Translations under genes and position numbers: made by a program | Part shown: positions 14,962 to 29,775 of the stretch, piece after piece | Layout of the letters: each line of letters opens with the position of its first letter | Position numbering within the stretch: the stretch's first letter is position 1 | DNA from: Eledone cirrhosa | Taxonomy: Eukaryota | Assembly (NCBI GenBank): GCA_964016885.1 | Contig: OZ024750.1 | Coordinates: 45,198,001 to 45,262,000, forward strand | Direction: 5' to 3' | DNA: 64,000 nt | The notes under the pieces: generated by a model | Database searches by the model: none | What the model was told of the DNA's origin: nothing | The model's input: the letters and a program-made list of their open reading frames with translations, nothing else

Positions 14962-15350
14962 AGAAAGTATGGTTCTCTTCTTGCTCACATCTCACTCACA
15001 CGGACGGTCTGTATCTTGATCGCTCATGAAATCCACCCAGCTTATGCTGACTGGATAACCATGTTGCTTGTTTATTCCCATCTTTGTGTTGCTTTCGTGA
15101 TTTATTAGTCCCACTAGCTTTATTTAGTTATTGCTCGCACCAACCTGAGGTATATGATTTTTAATGCGATGAAATATCAATGATGGTTGGCAAATCACTG
15201 ACCAAGGACTAATTTTATCATATGTAACCCATGTGCAACCACGCAGTATTCTTGTTTCTTCTCAACAAAGAAAGTGTGGTAAGGAACCAGGGGGACAATG
15301 ACGCACCAGAGTACTCAATACTTAGTATAGTAGAGAGATGGTAATAGGAC
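14361..15350. mobile_element. Cluster of Family A fragments in TA tracts
   Basis: Arm alone 14361-14420; mini-palindrome+tail 14688-14785; inverted repeat without tail 14815-14900; stub 14957-14971; reversed tail 15272-15350. Confidence 0.8.
14473..14537 (-). ncRNA. Type I hammerhead ribozyme
   Basis: Minus strand tattttat-CTGATGA-aagcgcacca..tggtgtcctt-GAAA-TATGTA-TA-atgaaata; homolog of 5149-5213. Confidence 0.8.
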
Positions 15351-15631
15351 CTAGCTGTCATCACCACCATCATCATCCCTATCACAAGATCAACATCACC
15401 ATCATCTCCATCAACGCCATTATCAGGAAATGGTATAAAATATATATATGACATCTACAACACAAGTAAATCCTCACTGATATACTGATATATCGCTCTA
15501 TATCTTACAGGGTAACTTCACCAAACAAGGTTTAAATGTTGTCTAGATATAATGGTTCTAATGGCTCCGTCTTTCATCTCACACGCATGACTAAACAATA
15601 CATTATATACAATACTTTCTTTCTGGGGGTA

Positions 15632-16520
15632 TTCTTCTTCTTCTTCTTCTTCTTCTTCTTCTTCTTCTTCTTCTTCTTCTTCTTCTTCTTCTTCTTCTTC
15701 TTCTTCTTCTTCTTCTTCTTTTCTTCTTCTGTTTATTCTTATTCTTCTCCTCCTTCTTCTTCTTCATCTTCATCTTCTTCTTCTGTTTATTCTCCTTCAT
15801 CTTTTTCTTCTTTTTTTTTCTTCTTCTTCTTCTTCTTCTTCTTCTTCTTCTTCTTCTTCTTCTTCTTCTTCTTCTTCTTCTTCTTCTTCTTCTTCTTCTT
15901 TCTTTTTTCTTCTTCTTCTTCTTCTTCTTCTTCTTCTTCTTCTTCTTCTTCTTCTTCTTCTTCTTCTTCTTTCTTTTTTCTTCCTCCACTTCTTCTTCTT
16001 TTTTTTTCTTCTTCTTCTTCTTCTTCTCCTTCATCATCATCTTCTTCTTCTTCTTCTTCTTCTTCTTCTTCTTCCACTTCTTCTTCTTTCTTTCTTCTTC
16101 TTCTTCTTCTTCTTCTTCTTCTTCTTCTTCCACTTCTTCTTCTTCTTCTTCCACTTCTTCTTTCTTTCTTCTTCTTCTTCTTCTTCTTCTTCTTCTTCTT
16201 CTTCTTCTTCTTCTTCTTCTTCTCCTTCTTCTTCTTCTCCTTCTTCTTCTTCTTGTTCTTCTTCTTCTTCTTCTTCTTCTTCTTCTTCTTCTTCTTCTTC
16301 ATCTTCTTCTTCTTCTTCTTCTTCTTCTTCTTCTTCTTCTTCTTCTTCTTCAGGGGGTCGCGGGGACAGAGTCCTCAAACACTCCTTCCAGCGGGTCCTG
16401 TCAGAAGCAACCGTCTCCCTCTGAATCCCCAAGTGAGACCAGCCCATCCCATCCACGTTATCCAATCATCTCACTCGGGTTCAACACCCGGGTGTCCCGC
16501 ACCTTAGTTTGGGCCTGTGT
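15632..16520 (-). mobile_element. RTE-type LINE 3' end with ~720-bp expanded (GAA)n tail
   Basis: 16351-16520 encodes MGWSHLGIQRETVASDRTRWKECLR, homologous to the end of 61450-61995; TTC repeat abuts its 3' end. Confidence 0.65.
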
Positions 16521-16524
16521 GCTT

Positions 16525-16556
<32 letters not shown>

Positions 16557-16565
16557 CCCTCTCTC

Positions 16566-16618
<53 letters not shown>

Positions 16619-16769
16619 ATATCTCTATCTCTCTCTGTCTGTCTCTCTCTATCTCTCTCCCTATCTATCTATCTCCCTCTCTCTCTTCGGCTCTCATAAC
16701 TCTCCCTATATAAAATATATAGAATGCTTCTACAGGATTAGGATTGTTTCATTCAATTTCAAGCACGGC

Positions 16770-17822
16770 ACACACACACACATACACACACAGACACACA
16801 CGCATACACACACACAGACACACACACATACAGTCACGCACACACACACACACACACATACACACACATACAGTCACACACACAGACACACACACATACA
16901 CACACACATACAGTCACACACACAGACACACACACACACACATATACACACACATACACATACCGTCACACACACAGACACACACACAGACACACACATA
17001 TACAGTCACACACACAGACACACACACACGCACACACGCACACACATACACACACACATACACACACACACATACACACATACACACACCCAGACACACA
17101 CATACACACACATACACACACATACACACACACATACACACACACATACATACACACACATACACACACACACATGCACACAGAGACACACACACACATA
17201 CATACACACACATACACACACACACACATACACACACAGACACACACACACAGATAGAGAGACACACAGAAACACAGGCACAGATACACAAACACACAGG
17301 CAAACACGCACACAGAGACAGATGCATAGACACACACAGACGTGCGTAGACACAGACAGACACACACAGACACACAGCGAGACACACATACACACAGACA
17401 CACACAGACACACACAGACACACACATACACACACGCAGACACATATAGACACACACATACAGACACACAAACGCATACATACAGACAGATACAGACACA
17501 GACACAGGCATATACACACACATACACACGCGTGCGTAGACACACACACACATACACACGTACACACACATATACACAGGCACAGGCACACACACAGAGA
17601 GATGCAGACACATACACAGAAAGACACACACAAATACAGGCACAAATACACAGACACACACACACATACACAGGCACAGAGAGAGAGAGACACACGCACA
17701 CACAGACACACATAGACACACATAGACACACACATACATACACACAAACACACACACAGACAAATACAGACACAGACACAGGCACATACACACACATACA
17801 CACGCACGTACACACAAACACA
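16770..17822. repeat. Complex (CA)n/(CAGA)/(CATA) microsatellite
   Basis: Direct inspection. Confidence 0.95.
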
Positions 17823-17889
17823 CCATTTATTTAAATTGACATTTTTCATTGACATTTTTCCAACTTACTCTTCGTTTTTTGTGTTGAGC

Positions 17890-18704
17890 TGATGATGATG
17901 ATGGTGGTGGTGATGATGGTGGTGGTGATGATGGTGGTGGTGATGGTGGTGGTGGTGATGGTGATGGTGGTGGTGGTGATGGTGATGGTGATGGTTGCGT
18001 TGTTGTTGTTGGTGGTGATGGTGGTGGTGATGGTGGTGGTGATGGTGGTGGTGGTGATGATTGTAATGATGGTGATGGTGATGATGATGATTGTAATGAT
18101 GGTGATGGTGATGATGGTTGTGATGGTGATGATGATGGTGATGGTGATGATGGTGGTGATGGTGGTGATGATGGTGATGATGGTGGTGATGGTGATGATG
18201 GTGGTAGTGATGATGATGGTGGTGGTGGTGATGATGATGATGATGGTGATGATGGTGGTAGTGATGATGATGGTGGTGGTGGTGATGGTGGTGGTGGTGG
18301 TGATGATGGTGGTGATGGTGGTGATGATGGTGATGGTGGTGATGATGGTGATGATGGTGATGATGGTGGTAGTGATGATGATGGTGGTGGTGGTGATGAT
18401 GATGGTGATGGTGATGATGATGGTGATGGTGATGATGGTGGTGATGGTGGTGATGATGGTGATGATGGTGATGATGGTGGTAGTGATGATGATGGTGGTG
18501 GTGGCGATGATGGTGATGGTGGTGATGATGATTGTAATGATGGTGATTGTGATGATGGTGGTGATGGTGATGGTGGTGGTGATGGTGGTGGTGATGGTGG
18601 TGATGGTGGTGATGGTGATGCTGATGATGATGATGGGGGTGATGGTGGTGGTGCTGATGATGATGATAATGATTATGATGATGATGATGATGGGGTGGTG
18701 ATGG
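17890..18704. repeat. (GAT/GGT)n trinucleotide repeat
   Basis: Direct inspection; source of the spurious poly-M/V ORF. Confidence 0.95.
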
Positions 18705-18895
18705 TTTTATATTCGTAGAAACTCTTATTTTTTATTTAGATTATGTTTAAATGCTTATATACACACACACACACACATATATATACATATATATATATAG
18801 GGGGGGGGGGTATATGTGTGTATGTGTGTGTATATATATATATATATATAGTGACGAAACATAAGTCAATTGCATACACTCAGAATCTTTTATTT

Positions 18896-18951
18896 ACTGG
18901 TATATATATTTCGATGATAGCCATTGTATGGCTATGACCTCATCAGGCAGT
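18896..18951 (-). ncRNA. Type I hammerhead ribozyme
   Basis: Minus strand actgc-CTGATGA-ggtcatagccat-aca-atggctatcatc-GAAA-TATATA-TA-ccagt; one stem I mismatch. Confidence 0.75.
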
Positions 18952-19042
18952 TAGTCAGTTTCTAGATATGCCAGCTTTGCCTTATTGGTGTTGATGGTAT
19001 CAGAGCCTTGGGACATATGAGTTAGTAACTCTGTATCTTATT

Positions 19043-19158
<116 letters not shown>

Positions 19159-19221
19159 AATAAGTTACAGATTTACTAACTCATATTGATACCCTGTAAT
19201 TAACATTATTTCTACATATAT

Positions 19222-19268
<47 letters not shown>

Positions 19269-19344
19269 ACACACATATATATATATATATGTATATATAT
19301 ATACATAAACATGTGTGTATATATATATATATATATATATTTCT

Positions 19345-19377
<33 letters not shown>

Positions 19378-19380
19378 AAC

Positions 19381-19424
<44 letters not shown>

Positions 19425-19522
19425 ATATATATATATGTATATATATATGTTTATATATATATATATTATATATATAAGAAATATATATTTATTATATATC
19501 TAATATATATATATATATAAAC

Positions 19523-19576
<54 letters not shown>

Positions 19577-19660
19577 CGTAAAATAAGAAAATTATAAAAT
19601 TATCTTACTAAAATTTATATATATTTATATATATATATATATATACATATATATGTATAT

Positions 19661-19694
<34 letters not shown>

Positions 19695-19886
19695 GTGTAT
19701 ATATATATATATATGTATATATATATTTATATATATATATATATACATATACATATACTATATATATATAGTTTCACCACTCCTTTATCTAACTCATTCT
19801 AGCTATGTATATATGGAAAAAAATTCACACATGTATAGTTTGTGCGTGTGTCTATGTGTTCATCTAAATACGTATACACTATATAC

Positions 19887-19921
<35 letters not shown>

Positions 19922-20264
19922 ACACTTCTACACATGTATATATATAATCGTTAGATATTCTTCTCCATAGCTTCACGTATATTTTTCGTGTGTTCCTCAT
20001 TATTATTCTCTGGTTTGTGTTCCCCTGAAGACGCTGGTATAAAACTGACATAAACGATGTGAATAATAAACGATAAACGATGGGTCGGACGATGGAAGAT
20101 TGAGCTCCCCGGATAGATACAGGAAGTAATATGTAAGAGAGAGAGAGAGTACGTGTGACGGAAGAAGACGGCGTGAGGGAAATTTATAAGAGAGGGCGTA
20201 GATAATGCACTGAGACACACAAACATATAAATATATATGTATATATATATATCGTATATATATG

Positions 20265-20344
<80 letters not shown>

Positions 20345-20370
20345 TATATGTGTGTATATATATATATACG

Positions 20371-20401
<31 letters not shown>

Positions 20402-20459
20402 GTATATATATATCTATATCTATATCTATATATATATACGGATATTTGTTTCTGTACAA

Positions 20460-20497
<38 letters not shown>

Positions 20498-20530
20498 GCA
20501 TATATATGTATATAGCTATATATATATATG

Positions 20531-20561
<31 letters not shown>

Positions 20562-20568
20562 CGTATGG

Positions 20569-20609
<41 letters not shown>

Positions 20610-20614
20610 CGTAT

Positions 20615-20651
<37 letters not shown>

Positions 20652-20674
20652 CATATATTTGTACAGAATAAATG

Positions 20675-20716
<42 letters not shown>

Positions 20717-20729
20717 TTTCTTTCTGTAC

Positions 20730-20760
<31 letters not shown>

Positions 20761-20796
20761 TATATACACGTGTGTATGTGCGTGCGTGTGTGTGTG

Positions 20797-20944
<148 letters not shown>

Positions 20945-21140
20945 AGTGTTTGTACATAGATACAGAGCGGGTGATAACTTGTATTAATTTGAGACAGAAA
21001 TGTGGAATGATATTTGGTCAAAAGTAAAACTAAGATGAATCACGAAAGAGAGACTGTAAAACGTTGAATGCGCTGGAGAGTTTGTTGTATATATAGATAG
21101 ATAGACTAGGTTATATATACATACACACACTAACTCACAC

Positions 21141-21175
<35 letters not shown>

Positions 21176-21793
21176 CATATACGGGTGTGTATATGAGCGT
21201 GTGTATGTGTGTGTGTACAGGTTAATGCCTGTGAGATCGAGAATGAAGGTGGACATAGAAATATAGTTAAATAAAAGAAGAGGCAAAAATAGAAAAGGAA
21301 GACAGAAAGGGAGATGGAAGAAGTATGAAAGAGTGTTGTTGTGAATAACACACTGGTAAATGAGATATTTCGAGGTTAAAAACCTTTAGAAAAATATGAT
21401 AATTTCTCCTTTATTGATATTCAAGTTATTTAAAGCTCCTATCACGTCTTTCAGAAAACCTGGCATTCGTCATTTTGTTATTTTCTGTGTGTATGTGTAT
21501 GGTTCTATGTGTGTGTATGCTTGTATATGTGTGTATCCGTATAGTTGTACGTGTGTGGTTGTATATGTATGATTGTATATGTGTGTATGTGTATGCTTGT
21601 ATATGTGTGTATATGTGTATTGTTGTATGTGTGTGTATGCATATGTGTGTATGTGTGTATTTGTGTATGGTTGTGTGTGTGTGCATGTATATGAGTGTAT
21701 ATGTCTATGTGTATGATTGTATGTGTGTGTATGTGTATGCTTGTATATGTGTGTATATGTATGCTTGTATATGTGTGTGTGTGTGTGTGTGTA

Positions 21794-21827
<34 letters not shown>

Positions 21828-22184
21828 CTAGTGTATTTGTGTATATATATGGCTGCATGCGTGTGTACGTGTGTTTGTGAGTTTATTTGTTCACCTCTGC
21901 ATCCCTTGTGTATAGCTCCACCTCCAACAAACTTTCAACATTTATATTTTTTCATTATCATTATTATTATTATTTTCATAATCATCATCATCATCAGCTT
22001 CATCATCATCATCATCACCATCAGTATACACAACAACATCATTATCATTACTATACGCCTGATTTTTTATTTTATTTGATAGTCTATTCTAGCGATATAA
22101 AAAAAAATATACCCTAACAAACACACATACATAAATATCAACACATACGTGCAAGCACACAAAAATAATATCGTCTTTCCTTTC

Positions 22185-22430
22185 CACACCACACTACACT
22201 ACACTACACCACACCATACCACACTACACCGCACCACACTACACCACGCCACACCATACCACACTACACTACACCACACCACAGCACACTACACCAAACT
22301 ACACCACACTACACTACACCACACCATACCACAATACACCACACCACACTACACCACACCATACCACACTACACCACACCACACCACATCACACCATACC
22401 ACACCACACCACACCACACCACACCACACA
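22185..22430. repeat. (ACACC/ACACT)n pentamer repeat
   Basis: Direct inspection. Confidence 0.95.
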
Positions 22431-23822
22431 CTTATACTTTGCTCTATTGACATCTCAGTCGCACAACCATTCGCCATATTTATAAAGCTGGAAGAGAAGA
22501 AATTTATTCTTTTGTTAACATATGTTTGTTTTCGTTTTTGTTTTGTATGTTGTTCTGTTTAGTAAAGACCAGTAGCGTTTATCAAACAAACAGTATTCAG
22601 ACTGACTCCCCCTCTATTTCTCTATAACTTTCTGTCTTTCCTTTTCTTTCTCTATTTTATAAACTGAGCGTCAATCGAAAATTCACCTCTGCTGCCTGTT
22701 TCTTAATCAGCTCAGGTTGCAGCAATGGCGTCAGCAAGTTAACGAATAAGAGGATCACAATAGCCAAGCAATGGGGCATGGTTGTTCGCGCATCGGAGTG
22801 AACATTTTGTAATTCTGTCATGTTATCTACAAGATTGGCGGACCACAAAAACGCCATTGTGCTGCCACCTCTTTGCGTGTCAAAATCACATTGCTATCAA
22901 ATATTTCTTCCTTTGTGATGGACCTTTCTGTAGTCGACGTAGAAATTTGCCTCATTTTTATTCATTACACAAGTGCTCCGTGAATTTTCATTGGCTGTTA
23001 AGAGCTACTGGCCCGCGCCAGTTGGTGTGTCGGCAGTTTGTCAAAATGTCGGCTTTGCTTCCGTTAAATCACGTGTTATGGACAGCTTAAACATATGTGT
23101 GTACATAACAAATTCATGTTGAATTATTTTCTTGCACCGACATTTTCTTCGCATTTTCTTTTATTTTTTTTTCCTATTTATGTTTTTAAAAACAAAACTA
23201 AACGACATTTATTTACATATCAACTTACTTGCTTTTAAATAGCTACTATTATATCGAAATAAATATAGTTTTTTAGCAAAATGGTTTTGTATTTTATTCT
23301 TTATATAGTTCTTTAATACTTTATCATTCATATAATGGCTACTTTCGTAGGTTGTAAATCTTTTAGCTGTCCTTGTTGTCACTCAAGGTTGTAGTGTGAA
23401 GCAACTGACATGTTTACCACGTAGACAAATTACAAACAATACTTTAATTGCAATACTTTTTTGTTATCCTTTCTAATCCATCATCATATACATCAACCTG
23501 TCTCTCTTACTCTCTCACTCTCTCACTCTTTCACTCACTCACTGACTGTCTGTCTGTCTGACTTTCCCGCTCTCTCCCTCTCTGTGTTTCACCATATAAT
23601 TGTAATAGATATCTTGTAAGGTGCACATACACAGACTTATATATATATATATATATATATACATATGAAAATATATATATGTATATACATATATATATGT
23701 ATATGTGTGTATGTGTGTGTGTGTTAATATACGTCAGTATATATAATATGTGTGTACATAATTACGGAACAGATTTTCTTTGAAATACGATTGTCCTCCA
23801 ATCTGGTCATATCCATATTCAA

Positions 23823-23855
<33 letters not shown>

Positions 23856-23861
23856 ACACAT

Positions 23862-23909
<48 letters not shown>

Positions 23910-25232
23910 TCTTATTCTCTCGCTTCACCTCTCATCCTTTCTCTCTCTCTCTCTCGGTATCAGAAGAGTTACAACGTGAAAAGTTCCACGCGAAACCATT
24001 TTCACAATGTCCCTTTCTCCAGACACGTAGTAAGAGTGAGTATAAAGCGATCACCTGTTCTTCATAGGAACTCCTATCTTCTACTTGAACCGCTGATCGA
24101 GACATATCGTGTGGATCAGCAAAGATACCAATTATAGTTAGACTTTTCAATACTTGCTGGTTTGAACTCTATAGCAGTCACTCGCAATCGAATATGACAT
24201 GGTGGTATATACCATGTTTTCAATATGTGTTTTAGGTAAGCTCCCGACTCTTATTCCTTTGTTGTACAGGAAGATCGTGTATAACATAGCTGAGAGGAAA
24301 GAGACCTGCACTAACACGGGCTGGTACTTAGTTTATAGATTACGAAAGGTTGTTAATTGAAGTGGGCATTGAAAGTGCTTGGACTCAAATATCTCTCGCT
24401 CTAACGCCTCTGCTTAATCGATACCTTTATGATGTTGACTGTCTATTATTTACATATAAGTTAATACTAATTAAATATAAAGGATCCACTTGGTGGTCCA
24501 GGATTGAATCACGTCACGAGATGGGAAAGTTGCTATAATGTAGCCTCGGTTTAATCCAAACATTCTGAGGGAAATTGTGTAGAGGGAACAAGAGTAGGAG
24601 CCGTGTCGGATTGGTTTTGCCGGAATTACAAAGATCCTGCTTCACGTACATCCTAGTTGAGAATGACATTAAAACATACCTATCACTGGAATACTCAATC
24701 ACTTACAGAGAGAGAGAGAGAGAGAAAGAAGGCGGGGAGATCTTCTTGTGAAGGCATCCCTCCATCAAGGTGTATCATCCAATTTCATTTTTCTAGGAGC
24801 TAGACTATATGCAGCTATCGACACCTGCATACATATAGATTTCTCCGCTAAATGGATCAGATTTACCAACAAAATGTCGAATTAAGAGTCCATCATTTCC
24901 GAAAACTCGATGTTTTTAAAGGAAAAGTCATTTTGGTGCAGAATGTACCTCTTCAGTTGACGTTTTTCTTATTCCTCTTCTTCACCTTTTGTCTGCTTTA
25001 GCATAACTTGAGCAATATTTGCCTTAACTTTTCCTAGTTATGCTTGCTCTCCTTTTTCACTTTCCTCTCCTTGCTATTCGTTATCCTTGCTCTCCCTTCT
25101 CTCCTTTTCTCGTTGCTCTCCTTTTCTCATTGCTCTATTTTTATCCTTGCTCACCTTGCTCTCCTTTTCTCTTTCCTCTCCTTGCTCTCCTTTTCGCATT
25201 GCTCTCATTGCTCTCCCTGATATATACATATC

Positions 25233-25280
<48 letters not shown>

Positions 25281-25602
25281 TACTCAATACCGATATATAT
25301 ATTACTCTCTCACCTGTCAACCACATAGGGATATATGTATATTAGGGTTGCCCTTAGCAATAGGTAATTTTCCGAAAGTTAAAATATTTCTGCTCCCACA
25401 GCGAAAACATAAGTACTTCTCCTATACCTGCGCTATGTCCCCAGCTTTGCAAGTTGCCTTCCCCAATAATTCTAAACAAATTTCTAATTTAAGAGAAAAT
25501 TAGATAAGAGATAAAAAAAATTCAAGTAGATGAGGCTCGCCTTACAGTTGAGCGCTTGATCTAAAGTTTTGCATAGTATAGTCATTTGCTAATAGGAACA
25601 AA

Positions 25603-26125
25603 TTAAGTAATAATTGTTTCTACTTTTGGCACAAGGCCAGCAATTACCCAGTACATTACTGGTACTTTATTTTACCGACCATGTAAGGATGAAAGGCAAA
25701 GTTAACCTCGGCGGGATTTGAAATCAGAATAGAAAGGGTCGTAACTTTATGCTTCAAAGCATGTTGTCCGACTCTCTACTGATACTGCCAATCCGCCGTC
25801 CTTCAAGATAAGTAATAATTGTTTCGACTTTTGGAACAAGGCCAGCAATTATTCCAGTACATTACTGGTACTTTATTTTATGGACCCCGTAAGGATGGAA
25901 GCCAAAGTTAACCTCGGTGGGATTTGAACTCAGATCATAAAGGTCTGTAACTCTTTGTTACAAATCATGGCGTCCGACCCTCTACCGATACTGCCAATCC
26001 TGTAATAATAATTATTTCTCCTTTTGGCACAAGGCCAGCAATTCACCAGTGCATTACTGGTACTTTATTTTATCGCCCCCGTAAGGATGAAAGGCAAAGT
26101 TAACCTCAATCCTGTAATAATAATA
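25603..26125 (-). mobile_element. Three tandem ~200-bp-family SINE copies
   Basis: Reverse-complement copies; the third is truncated and flanked by direct repeat aatcctgtaataataat. Confidence 0.85.
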
Positions 26126-26615
26126 AGTAAATACGACTCTCCTTACTAATGCCGTACATGTCATGGAACAACAAACACACAGCTATAGGGAGACACTCGA
26201 TTCCCTAATTGCAGACCACCAGAAACAGGAACAAATCTCAACATCTGAAATAGTTACACGCGACCTCAATTCCATCGTTCAAAATGCGTTCAAAGAATCG
26301 AATGAACTGAATCTGGAAAAAGAAGCTTTCAAAATAAGAAACCAAATGAAAAATATTCGGAACTAAATAAAAGCTAAAGTAAAAAGGTATACTGGAAAGC
26401 CTTGAGGAGTGAAAACCTAGCGGACACATATGAGATATGGCGAAGTAAAGAACAAGTTATCCTCCCGAGAAAATTCCGAATTACTAGATCTACCAAATCA
26501 TAATATTATTAATGCTCCTTCTACCTAGAATCGCGAACGATAGATAGTACTATTAACTGGAAAGACCGACGAAAACCTTGTTTCCTCCGTCCGATTTGAC
26601 GAAAGTCGATCGATC

Positions 26616-26650
<35 letters not shown>

Positions 26651-26654
<4 letters not shown>

Positions 26655-26938
26655 GAAAAAGAGATGAAATCGAAAATGCAACTGGAGTCTTATTTTTTTT
26701 TAAAATATATATATTTATTTGGTTCCTTTACCAGATGTGAGAAAAACCACAGACCCTCCATCTCAACTCACCTTTTGAAAAGCAGAAGAACTGCGAAACC
26801 GGTAAAGGAACCAAATAAATATATATATTTTTAAAAAAAATAAGACTCCAGTTGCATTTTCGATTTCATCTCTTTTTCTTTATACTTTCACTCGTGTAGG
26901 ACACCTCGGTTATTTTTCATTTAGTAAAAAAATCTCAC

Positions 26939-26945
<7 letters not shown>
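26651..26945 (+). mobile_element. Family C inverted-repeat+tail element
   Basis: ~80-bp arms 26653-26732/26801-26881, ~60-nt tail, TA flanks. Confidence 0.85.
26771..26808 (+). ncRNA. Minimal variant hammerhead ribozyme (UUGAAAA core)
   Basis: cctt-TTGAAAA-gcag-aagaa-ctgc-GAAA-CCGG-TA-aagg; all stems perfect; decayed copy at 34193-34232. Confidence 0.8.
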
Positions 26946-27014
<69 letters not shown>

Positions 27015-27327
27015 GTTCGATCACCAACACCATGAGCCTGCCTTTCAAGTAAGTCTGATATTTGATTTCGGATTCAAAGAAACACTTTAAACGATTGTTC
27101 GTTTAATTTGTCCAGGTGTATTTTTCTCAACCTGATTAGTTCTATCGTTTCTTTGGTATATATTGTGGGTTAGTTCAGCCTACCACAATGTTCGATTTGT
27201 CAAGCTATTTAAACGTATGCTATTACTCTAAGGCCCTGCCTTATCCTGTGCTTTGCTAACTCATCATTTCATATAAGTAGGCCGAATTTACTTGCAAACC
27301 GCCAGAGATTCGATTTTACTGATTTCC

Positions 27328-27361
<34 letters not shown>

Positions 27362-27899
27362 TATGAAGAGAGAAGAAACATTTAGATATAATTAGTAATA
27401 AAATGTATCATACCTAAACTGTTCCTAAATTCCTCGACTACGGTATATATATATATATATAGATGAAATATACGTTTATTTTTTGATGTAGCACAAACAA
27501 TGGTGTTGTACAGAGGCTGGTTTCTGGCGTGTGTTCAGTCGGCTTTTCAGTGGCTGTCTGTCTTTTCTTTCTGGCGTTCTCAACCGGCGTTGTTCTATCA
27601 AGGAGCGTGAGGCGTCTTACTACAGTACCTCGAGCCAGATTTTCAAATTATCGAAAATCGATGTCATTACTCACATGTGGAGTAAGATGGTGAACAATGC
27701 AACAAGGGGGAGCTATCCGCTCTAGCAAAAATTGAATCCAGAATAAGGATTTGAAAAATGTTAAAAAAAAAACGACATGCATGCATAAAAAAACAAGGCA
27801 AAGAAAAAGCAGAAACACAGAGGCAAAAAAAAGGTGCAGCTAACATAGTATAAATATAGACGGTGCTGCAAATTTTTTGGGCCAGTGGACCCTACGACC

Positions 27900-28320
27900 T
27901 TAAATGGTCGTGGTCATGTAACGTGGCGATGGTGGTGGTGTAGGGACAGGCGATGATGGTGGTTCAGTAACAGGCGTTCGCTCAACAGGCAAATACGAAG
28001 GGGTTCGTGGATCAGGAACCACAGCGTCCGTGTCAAGGTGAGCCTGCTTAAGCCTGTCTATTGTAACTGGCTCCCTGGACCCCTTAATATCTAACGTGAA
28101 ATGCTTAGCCGAGCGCGCTAAGACACGGTAAGGTCCAGTGTAAGGCTGTGTGAGCGGGGACTTCACCGTATCATTCCTTACAAAGACATGCGTCCACGAG
28201 GCAATATCCCTGGGGACAGCAGTCTTGACAGTTTGTTTCCTAGTGTCCATTGGCGGCAAATCCTGGAAATAGGAGCGCAAACGGGACACGTAGGAAGCGT
28301 GATCTTGCTGAGTGAAGCCT
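27900..28320 (-). pseudogene. Gypsy integrase C-terminal (GPY/F) fragment
   Basis: THVFVRND..PLTQPYTGPYRVLAR..VTIDRLKQA. Confidence 0.85.
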
Positions 28321-29186
28321 TTCTTTTTCATCATTGTCACTTTCACACTTGCACTATCATTTTCTCGCGCGTTAGAAATATTATTTTTTCAACCTAGCTT
28401 AACCTTGTATTGGCACGTGTAGGCAGCACAAATTCTCAACTCACGGAGATATCTCGACTCACAGAGATAGCCGCACGCCAGAGATAACGTTTCTCGCCAA
28501 GGATTCTTCAGCCTTAAGCTATATTCTCCTATTTGCCGGTTTAAAAATTTACCACGTAAATTTGCCGTTGAAAACTGCGCATTTATTCAGAATGCTTATC
28601 TCTTTGGTCGCTGGCCTCTTGACCCTTCCAGGTCAACGCATTCTCAACATCGACCATCAACTTCGGCTGCTATTTCTGGCACTTTGCGCAACTCATTTTT
28701 TCCTGAAAAATTTTTTTTTCTACTGTGAATTTAAACACCGGATACGCTCACTCCGCGAGACAACATCCACAGCAACACAGATTCACCAACAACCAAAACC
28801 AGCAGAACAAGCCAGAGAATTTATTTTTGCAGCACTCTTCCTGTAAGAAAATCCATTCGGAGGTTGGAAATTTCACGATATACCACAGAACAGAAACCAC
28901 CTGCATTCATTCTCTGGAACACACTTTCTCTCCTGCTGTCATGTGATTGCACACCTGTGAACTATATTTTGTACATTTGAACTTTGAGCCCTTCTCTTAC
29001 TTTATTACATTGTATCTTTGGGTGATGGATAGATAGATGTCCAGTCGTTCTCTGGCCAAGAGCGGTTGGATACCTTGATATCTATCATTGATTTTTGCAA
29101 ACATTCTTTTGTCGTAATTTTCATGCCTGTTACAACATTCTCGCCAACTTGCTACATATTTTCATTCGATTTTTATATTCTAAAAT

Positions 29187-29560
29187 TCTGGCGGGAGGTT
29201 ATGTAGCGGTTGTCTCACTTGTTGTGACTCACAACCCCAATAGATTAACATCTAGACGGGAAGTAGAATCCTTTCTGTAACTTCCGGTCAGAGCCCTATA
29301 AAACGAATAGCCTTCGGCTCTCTCCCTCTCATTTGCCCTTCCGGCGCATGGCCTTCGCCAGGCGTCTCGCGTTTGCCTGGCAATCAAAACGGTAACTACT
29401 AACTTTGCTTCATTCTATCATCTATTACTTTGACATGTCAACTATACTGTTCTATATATATCCATGATTGTTAATTAAATATTATACACACAAAAAAAAC
29501 AAAAAAAAAAAACAACATTTTTTTTCTTCCTCTTTTTTACCTTATTTGATTTGGCTGGTT
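29187..29560 (+). mobile_element. PPT and LTR of a second, opposite-strand LTR element
   Basis: ctggcgggaggtta followed by TGTAGCGG; TATA-like ccctataaaa ~29294; end not defined. Confidence 0.5.
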
Positions 29561-29717
29561 CGTTGAAGCGAACACACGCCAGAAACCAGCCTCTGTACAA
29601 CACCATTGTTTGTGCTACATCAAAAAATAAACGTATATTTCATCTCTAATTTCTGCTGTTGAAATAATTATTATGTCACTCGTATCTCGATAACATCTAA
29701 AACTAACACTGCTAAAG

Positions 29718-29735
29718 TGGTGACCCCGACGTGAT
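29718..29735 (+). promoter_or_regulatory. Primer-binding site complementary to tRNA-Trp 3' end
   Basis: TGGTGACCCCGACGTGAT is the reverse complement of the metazoan tRNA-Trp end ATCACGTCGGGGTCACCA; directly follows the LTR end. Confidence 0.85.
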
Positions 29736-29775
29736 GAACGGCTGCGTGTTCGTATCAAGGAGCGTGAGGCGTCTT

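Noticed and set aside
26163-26366. 67-aa ORF
   Set aside because: Probably a retroelement relic between SINEs; no assignable motif
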